Shown here: one piece after another, positions 58,111 to 64,000 of the stretch | Position numbering within the stretch: the first letter of the stretch is position 1 | Layout: every line of letters starts with the position of its first letter | Source: Polyangiaceae bacterium | Lineage (GTDB): Bacteria > Myxococcota_A > Polyangia > Polyangiales > Polyangiaceae | DNA: 64,000 bases | Direction of reading: 5' to 3' | Assembly (NCBI GenBank): GCA_965222375.1 | Contig: CBDCTZ010000008.1 | Span: forward strand, 256,001-320,000 | Program-made: the position numbers and the translations under genes | The notes under the pieces: model-generated | The model's input: the letters and a program-made list of their open reading frames with translations, nothing else | Database searches by the model: none | Told to the model about the DNA's origin: nothing

Positions 58111-59250
58111 TCACGCACATGCTCGGTACAGCGCGATCATGTCCTTCTTGCTCATCTCTCGAGGGTTGTCGCGGTGACACGCATCCTCCATAGCTAGCGT
58201 GGCAAGTCGCTCGAAATCTGGAGAGTCTACGCCCGCTTCGCGGAGCGAACCGGGAAGCCCCCAGGATTGCCGGAGAGAACGCAACCGCGTCGTGGCTGCA
58301 CTCGCCTCGGCATCACCACCAAGCAGCAGCGAAATATGCAACACACGCTCGAGCGCGGCGCTTTCGTTGTGCGCAACGACCGCGGGCAAGCACAGTGCGT
58401 TGGCGAGGCCGTGGTGCAGCCCGTACTCGCTCGACAGCGGGTGGGCCATGCTGTGGCAGGCGCCGAGGCCCTTCTGAAATGCGACGGCCCCCATCATCGC
58501 GGCCTTCATCATCCCGCCCCGCGCTTGCAAGCTGCTACCATCATCAATCGCTGCGGACAGGTGATTGGCGACCAGGTCCACGCCCGCCACGGCAATCGCG
58601 TCGGCCATGGGGTGATCGCCCTTCGCCAAGTAGGCTTCGATGCAGTGGGTCAGTGCGTCGAAGCCCGTCGCTGCCGTGACTTTTGCCGGCAAGCTCGTGG
58701 TGAGCTCCGGGTCGAGCACCGCCATCTTGGGCAGCAGCGCAGGGTGAAACACGACGGTCTTGCGACCACTAGACTTCACAGTAAGCACGGCGGCGCGGCC
58801 GACCTCGCTGCCCGTTCCCGAGGTAGTCGGGACTGCCAGGATCGGAGGCAGCTCTTCCGGCACGTGCTCGCCACCTCCGATGGCGTCATCCAACTCTTCC
58901 CACGTGCGCGAACAGCGGGCACGGACTGCAATGAGCTTTGCTGCGTCGATAGGCGACCCGCCACCGACCGCAACTATGCTATCCGCCTCATGCTCACCGA
59001 AGGCCTTCGCTCCCGCCTCGACCTCGGCTTCCGTTGGGTTCGAGGAGACCCCCGAATAGGTGAGAGCGACTGCGCCGGCCTCGGACAATGCCTTTTGAAC
59101 CGGTTTCAAGACACCGGCGGTCTCCACTCCGGGGTCCGTGACGATCAAGACGCGTCGCATGGCGAGGCGCCGCGCAGCTGCATCGAGTTCGCGAGTTGCG
59201 CCGGCGCCAAAGACGATCTTGGTAGGAAAATTCCAAGTAGTGAGTGCCAT
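58111..59250 (-). CDS. Iron-containing alcohol dehydrogenase
   Basis: GGGSPID.AK, PTTSGTGSE, DALTHCIE, HSMAH, HHG. Confidence 0.95.
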   Translation of the reverse strand: MALTTWNFPTKIVFGAGATRELDAAARRLAMRRVLIVTDPGVETAGVLKPVQKALSEAGAVALTYSGVSSNPTEAEVEAGAKAFGEHEADSIVAVGGGSPIDAAKLIAVRARCSRTWEELDDAIGGGEHVPEELPPILAVPTTSGTGSEVGRAAVLTVKSSGRKTVVFHPALLPKMAVLDPELTTSLPAKVTAATGFDALTHCIEAYLAKGDHPMADAIAVAGVDLVANHLSAAIDDGSSLQARGGMMKAAMMGAVAFQKGLGACHSMAHPLSSEYGLHHGLANALCLPAVVAHNESAALERVLHISLLLGGDAEASAATTRLRSLRQSWGLPGSLREAGVDSPDFERLATLAMEDACHRDNPREMSKKDMIALYRACA

Positions 59251-59286
59251 ACTGTGGGCTCCTTGAAGGTCGCTGCACGCTTTCTG

Positions 59287-60699
59287 TTAGATCGATTCGA
59301 AATACCGTTGTAGTTCCCAGTCCGTCACGGCGCGCTCAAAACAGCGCACCTCCCAGTTTCGGGTGACACAATAGTGATCGACGAACTCCGCCCCAAACAG
59401 GGCGCGGGCCGCTTGGCTCTTTTGGAGCAGCCGGGTTGCCTCGGCCAGAGAGGTGGGCAAGCGGCCAGGCCCGTCGATTCGAGCTTCGCCCTGGGTCTCC
59501 GCGGGTGGGTCGAGCTTCTTCTCGATGCCCCAAAGACCCGCACCCAGGCAGGCCGCCATGGCAACATAGGGATTCATATCCGCGGCAGTTTGCCGGTACT
59601 CGATGCGCTGTCCGGATTCGTTGCCCAGATCGATCAGACGGATCGCGCAGGTTCGGTTGTCCACACCCCAAGATGCCGACAAGGGCGCCCACACGCCGGG
59701 CACGTAGCGCTTGTAGCTATTGATGGTGGGCGAATACATCGCAGTCAGTTCCGCCATGAGGGCCATTTGGCCCCCCACGTAGTGGCGCATGGCTTTTGAC
59801 ATACTGCGCCGCGCACCGGAGTCGACGAACGCGTTCTTTCCGCCGCTCCAAAGGGATTGATGCAGGTGTCCACTGGCTCCGGGCAAGTCTGGATTCCACT
59901 TCGCCATGAAAGTGACCGACAGCCCATGCCGATGGGCGATTTCTTTGACCGCGGTTTTGAACAGCGCCGCCTTGTCAGCGGCGGCCAGAGCTTCGTCGTG
60001 GGTGATGGCAGCTTCGTAGACCCCAGGCCCCGTCTCGGTGTGGAGCCCCTCGAGTTGGATCCCAAAGGCATCCAACTCGGTCAGCAGGTCCCGCATCAAT
60101 TCGCTGTCCTGCCCGGCTCTCAGCCAGCTATAACCAAACATCCCAGGGTCCAGGGGCTGCAGACCGCGGAAGCCCTTTTCGTGCAGAGTCTCGCGAGTTT
60201 CCCGGAAAAAGAAGAACTCGTACTCGGCAGAAAAACGGGCGGAAAACCCTAATCGCTCCGCACGCGCTAGCACGTGCTTCAACAGCGAACGCGGGCACGC
60301 TGGGTGCGGCTGACCATCTCGGGTCCGGAAGTCCACGAGGCACGCGGCCACGCCAGGCTCCCAGGGGATCTTACGAAGAGTCGCCCGGTCCAGGACGGCG
60401 CGAGCATCGGGATAGCCGCTATCCCAACCGGTGACGGAAGCGCTGTCGTAGAGCACGTCCGCCACGTCCCAACCGAAGATGACGTCGCAGAAACCGAAGC
60501 CCTTCTTCAGCGCTGATTCGAGCTTTTCGAGGCTGATGTACTTACCGCGCAGAACACCGTCGATGTCGAAGCCCCCGACCTTGGCGCGGGTGACGCCTGC
60601 ACGCGATAGCTCGTCGATGAGCAAACGTGAAGCGCGCTCGCTTCGAGGGCTTTTCGCAGGGCTCTTTTTCTGCTTCTGCTTCTTCTTGCCGGCCGCCAT
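59287..60699 (-). CDS. Glutamine synthetase-family (gamma-glutamyl-amine ligase-like) protein
   Basis: DIDGVLRGK, EYEF, HTETGPG..E, FMAK, SGHLHQS, NSYKRY, DNRT, EYR. Confidence 0.9.
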   Translation of the reverse strand: MAAGKKKQKQKKSPAKSPRSERASRLLIDELSRAGVTRAKVGGFDIDGVLRGKYISLEKLESALKKGFGFCDVIFGWDVADVLYDSASVTGWDSGYPDARAVLDRATLRKIPWEPGVAACLVDFRTRDGQPHPACPRSLLKHVLARAERLGFSARFSAEYEFFFFRETRETLHEKGFRGLQPLDPGMFGYSWLRAGQDSELMRDLLTELDAFGIQLEGLHTETGPGVYEAAITHDEALAAADKAALFKTAVKEIAHRHGLSVTFMAKWNPDLPGASGHLHQSLWSGGKNAFVDSGARRSMSKAMRHYVGGQMALMAELTAMYSPTINSYKRYVPGVWAPLSASWGVDNRTCAIRLIDLGNESGQRIEYRQTAADMNPYVAMAACLGAGLWGIEKKLDPPAETQGEARIDGPGRLPTSLAEATRLLQKSQAARALFGAEFVDHYCVTRNWEVRCFERAVTDWELQRYFESI

Positions 60700-60788
60700 C
60701 CAGCAGGCATAGCGAACACATCGCGCGGCAGCAATCGTCCGAGTTGCTATCGTGTAACCCGATCCCGAAAGCCCGAAAGCTGTGGAAC

Positions 60789-61214
60789 TCAGCCGCCGAG
60801 CAATATCTCGTGCAAACGCTCGGCGACGGAGTCCACGGAATACGGTTTGGGGACGTACCCTGCGACCACTGGGTGTTGGAGCAACGCTTCGGGAACGTCA
60901 TCTTCTGCCAGACCACTGGTCAGAAGCACACATGCACCTCGATCCGCCTCTGCCAGCAAGTCGAGCAACTCGGAACTGGACTCGCCCGGCAGGTTGACGT
61001 CCAAAACGACGGCGCGAACGGAAACGGAATTGAGCAACTCCCTCGCCGACGCAATGTCCGTCGCGGCATGAGTGTCGAACCCATGGGACTCCAGCAGCTG
61101 TGCAGTGAGGGACGCCAGGCGTGCTTCATCGTCGCAAATCAAGACATGCGGCGCACGCCCACTGGAAGCTGGGCCATGGCGGTGCTGCAGATGCGGACGC
61201 GTCTCGGTCGACAA
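60789..61214 (-). CDS. Single-domain response regulator
   Basis: LICDDE, VLDVNLP, LTSG, PKPY. Confidence 0.9.
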   Translation of the reverse strand: MSTETRPHLQHRHGPASSGRAPHVLICDDEARLASLTAQLLESHGFDTHAATDIASARELLNSVSVRAVVLDVNLPGESSSELLDLLAEADRGACVLLTSGLAEDDVPEALLQHPVVAGYVPKPYSVDSVAERLHEILLGG

Positions 61215-61282
61215 AACCCCTCTCCTGAGTCATAGCGTAGCGAAGTTTGAGGCTTCGGACCAGCGCCGACGCTCCCTCGAAA

Positions 61283-63193
61283 TTACTGGCGAAAATGGCG
61301 CGTCAACGCCAGTCCAAGCGCCGTGACGCCCGCGAGCATGAGCAGAGCCGCGAGCCAAGTTGCGCGGAGAGGGCCAACCGTGAGCACCTCCCCGGATGAG
61401 CCTGCGTAGGTCTGGTCGACGACCGTCAGAATGATGCTAGCGCAGAGCAAGACAATGCCCGGCGCTAGCCGGCGCGTGAGCGGTGCATCTGCCCGTTGCT
61501 CGGCCGCGGCGGGCGTTGCCCATCGGGGCGGCTCGGAGGCGCCTCCACCTGGTGGCGCGGACCAGTGCGGTCCGCTTGGTGGTTCCGGGGGAGGAGACCA
61601 ATGAGGCGAGCTCGGTTGGTCCTCGAGCCCCACAGCGCGATGAGCCGTCCCACTGGCGCTGCGTCCAGGCAGATCGACAGCCGCGGTGTGAGTCCCACTC
61701 GATGTGCGAGCTCTGGGTACGCCGTGAAGAGCATCCCCCAGCGGCACCTCCAGACCCGACCCCGACGGCGCGGTTGGGCGAGCCGCCGGGACGTGGCCGG
61801 TCCCGCTGGCCGTCCGAGAACGACTCGGCGGTCCGGAGCTGGACGAGCCAGCCGATTGGGTTGGTATGGGCCAGTTCGGAGCGCTGGCTGAGCCGCGCTG
61901 AGCAGGGCGCTCGCCCGGGGGCAAGTCGAGGGCAAAGTCCACGGCAGCACCCTCACTGTCATCCAGATCGAGTTCCCCCACAACGGGTGGCAGGGCGGTT
62001 CCAGACGTGGTCCGGCGCCGGCTGACCGCCGGCGCGTCTCCGAGCACTAATTCCGGGACCATTTCGGGGGCCAACGCTGTGGCGGACAACGTCTCGGCCT
62101 CGCGCCCTGGCGCCGACGGGGCGCTATGGCTCGGAGGATGCGAAGACATGCGAAGCGCCGCTTCCACTCGTTCCTCTTTTGGAACGTGCCCACCTTCCGC
62201 TCGCGCGTCCCGAGCCCTTGGACTGAAACTCGCGGCAGCTTCTCCACGCACCCCCGCCGCAGTACAGAGTGCATTCCAGAACTTGCCGGCATCGGGATAG
62301 CGGTCTCGGGGATCGACGGCCATCGCCCGGCGGAACACCTCCTCGACATCATCGCTGACCTCCACGCCCTCATGACGCGGCGTCGGCCGGCGGTTCTGAT
62401 CCAAGGCAGTACCCATCATGCCGGCATGGTCACCGTCAATGACGGTTCGCCCCGCCATCAGCTCCACCATGGTGAGGGCCAGCCCCCAAACATCGGTCCA
62501 TGGCCCTGTCTGCCCATACCTTTTCGGCACCCACTGCTCGGGTGCGCCATAGGCCGGGGTGAAGGAGGACAGGGCACTGTGGGTTTGGCTGGCACGCCCA
62601 GCGACCTGGCTCGCCACACTCTTGGCTTTCCCGATGCCGAAATCGAGGATCTTGACGACCTCCTCACCCGCAACCTTCGCGACGAAGATGTTCTCGGGCT
62701 TCAAGTCTCGATGAACGACGGAGATCGGCCCATCGGGCCCCATGAAGTTGTGAGCGCGCTCGAGCGCCCGGGCGACCGGCGTCAGCAGCCGGATCAGCTT
62801 CTTCAGACTGAGAGGAGAAAGGCCACCCTCCTTGCGGTGCTCCATGATGGCCTCGAGGGTTTCCCCTTCGAGCCACTCCAACGCCATGAAGGGCACAAAC
62901 GTCCCGGTGTCCAAAGTCACAGCATCAATGTGCAGCGGACGAACCACCGTTGGGATGCTCGCAGACAACCTGAACAACAACTCTGCTTCAGCCCGAAATT
63001 GTTCCAGAAATTCCGCTTGATGCTCAGCGCTCAGCTGCTGGGGCGTCTTCAGACACTTGAGGGCGACAGGAGCTCGAAATCCTCCGTGATGCGCGCGATA
63101 CACGACGCCGAAGCCCCCCTCGGCGACGACCCGCTCCACCTCGTAGGTCCCGGCGATGACCTTGCCGACGATTCCGAAGACATCTTCGGTCAT
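61283..63193 (-). CDS. Membrane Ser/Thr protein kinase
   Basis: AEGGFGVVY, VALK, HRDLKPEN, DFG, APEQ, DVW; two C-terminal TMs. Confidence 0.95.
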   Translation of the reverse strand: MTEDVFGIVGKVIAGTYEVERVVAEGGFGVVYRAHHGGFRAPVALKCLKTPQQLSAEHQAEFLEQFRAEAELLFRLSASIPTVVRPLHIDAVTLDTGTFVPFMALEWLEGETLEAIMEHRKEGGLSPLSLKKLIRLLTPVARALERAHNFMGPDGPISVVHRDLKPENIFVAKVAGEEVVKILDFGIGKAKSVASQVAGRASQTHSALSSFTPAYGAPEQWVPKRYGQTGPWTDVWGLALTMVELMAGRTVIDGDHAGMMGTALDQNRRPTPRHEGVEVSDDVEEVFRRAMAVDPRDRYPDAGKFWNALCTAAGVRGEAAASFSPRARDARAEGGHVPKEERVEAALRMSSHPPSHSAPSAPGREAETLSATALAPEMVPELVLGDAPAVSRRRTTSGTALPPVVGELDLDDSEGAAVDFALDLPPGERPAQRGSASAPNWPIPTQSAGSSSSGPPSRSRTASGTGHVPAARPTAPSGSGLEVPLGDALHGVPRARTSSGTHTAAVDLPGRSASGTAHRAVGLEDQPSSPHWSPPPEPPSGPHWSAPPGGGASEPPRWATPAAAEQRADAPLTRRLAPGIVLLCASIILTVVDQTYAGSSGEVLTVGPLRATWLAALLMLAGVTALGLALTRHFRQ

Positions 63194-63246
63194 CTTCCCC
63201 GCCTCAACCTCTTACTCGCACTTCCATGAGCCTATCAGATTGAATG

Positions 63247-64000
63247 TCAGTGGTCCTTAGGCAGCAGGTGAAACACCAGCAGCCCCAGGCCAATCGCGAG
63301 CAGGATCCCCGCAATGAGCGTAGCGCTGATCGGCCCTGCAGCCAGCGCCTCCCCCGCCATTCCTTGGTACACGCGTCCACCCAGTCCGATCACGATAGCC
63401 GCTCCGACCATTCCCAGGCCAATCTTGAGTAGGGGAATTGGGGCCTTCTGTTTCGCTCCGGCCGCTGCCATCTGCACTTGAAACGCGTGCCGCGCCTCTG
63501 CTCGGGTGGGCAGATCAGGGCCGCGGTCATCCAGGGCGATATCCGACGTGGACGCGCGTGGCGCCGACGGCAACGGTGCTTCGCCCCCGAAGGAGATCGG
63601 CGCTGGAGCTGGGGATGGCACTTCGGGCTGTGAAAGACCGGTCCGCTCAAGTAGGTCAGCGTCCTCGGCCGGCGCCTGTTGCGGCGGCGCCTTTGCAGCT
63701 CGCTTCGAACTGGGCGGCGGCGGCGGTGGTTCGAGTTCGAAGTCAAAACTCGCCGGGGGCGCCGACTCCTGCTCTGGCGGCACGCTCGGAATCGCCGCCT
63801 CGGATCCGAATCCGCCTCCACTCGCTTCCGGAGGGAGCTTGCTGATGGTCGCCTCTGGCGAAACACTCGGGATGGGCGCTTCCCCGCCGAAGCCCCCGCC
63901 GATGGAAATCGGCACGTTCGGAACACTTGGTATCGGAGCCTCCAAGTCGGCTCCCGTGAGTGCCTCCTCTCCACCCCCCAGGTCATCATCGCCGAAGGGG
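63247..64000 (-). CDS. Pro/Gly-rich protein with two C-terminal TMs (N-terminus outside window)
   Basis: Frame stays open to 64000. Repeated FGxEAxIPS motifs. The C-terminal TM hairpin resembles that of the adjacent kinase (GExLxxGP..AT..A..L). Confidence 0.7.
   Translation of the reverse strand, partial: PFGDDDLGGGEEALTGADLEAPIPSVPNVPISIGGGFGGEAPIPSVSPEATISKLPPEASGGGFGSEAAIPSVPPEQESAPPASFDFELEPPPPPPSSKRAAKAPPQQAPAEDADLLERTGLSQPEVPSPAPAPISFGGEAPLPSAPRASTSDIALDDRGPDLPTRAEARHAFQVQMAAAGAKQKAPIPLLKIGLGMVGAAIVIGLGGRVYQGMAGEALAAGPISATLIAGILLAIGLGLLVFHLLPKDH

Noticed and set aside
19064..63229. Numerous long overlapping alternative-frame ORFs (e.g. 20137-21345, 29398-30471, 45333-46649, 51426-52694)
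   Set aside because: Typical high-GC shadow ORFs overlapping well-supported genes; Arg/Pro/Ala-rich with no motifs.

Overview
High-GC bacterial DNA with a myxobacterial (Polyangiaceae/Sorangiineae-like) signature: Hanks-type kinases, Cys-rich lipoproteins, an FHA-GGDEF protein and a PilZ-PEGA protein. The taxon is inferred from gene content only. Bases 1-13.5 kb are the right-hand part of an integrated element that ends in the 3' half of tRNA-Pro(UGG) (att site, 13457-13501). The element has a tyrosine integrase, an AlpA/Xis-like gene and a D5/P4-type SF3 helicase with no primase domain. That helicase is preceded by a stand-alone DnaB-N-like ORF and followed by an iteron origin. The element also carries its own terminase large subunit and a possible small subunit, but no recognisable portal, capsid or tail gene. 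Its cargo is defence-like: a DUF2971 protein, two tandem Shedu (DUF4263)-like nucleases with diverged N-termini, and a leaderless RHH repressor with a 33-bp palindromic operator. This 'terminase-only' phage satellite is the best candidate for an undescribed system. The remaining ~50 kb is mostly core/accessory chromosome: glgC-glgA(M), lat, a likely 6S RNA, 224-bp structured tandem repeats, a GerW-DUF2953-GerW trio, a HelD-like ATPase, a decaying ADH pseudogene, transporters, tRNA-Gly(CCC) and signalling genes. All family assignments are by eye from motifs; no database search was run.
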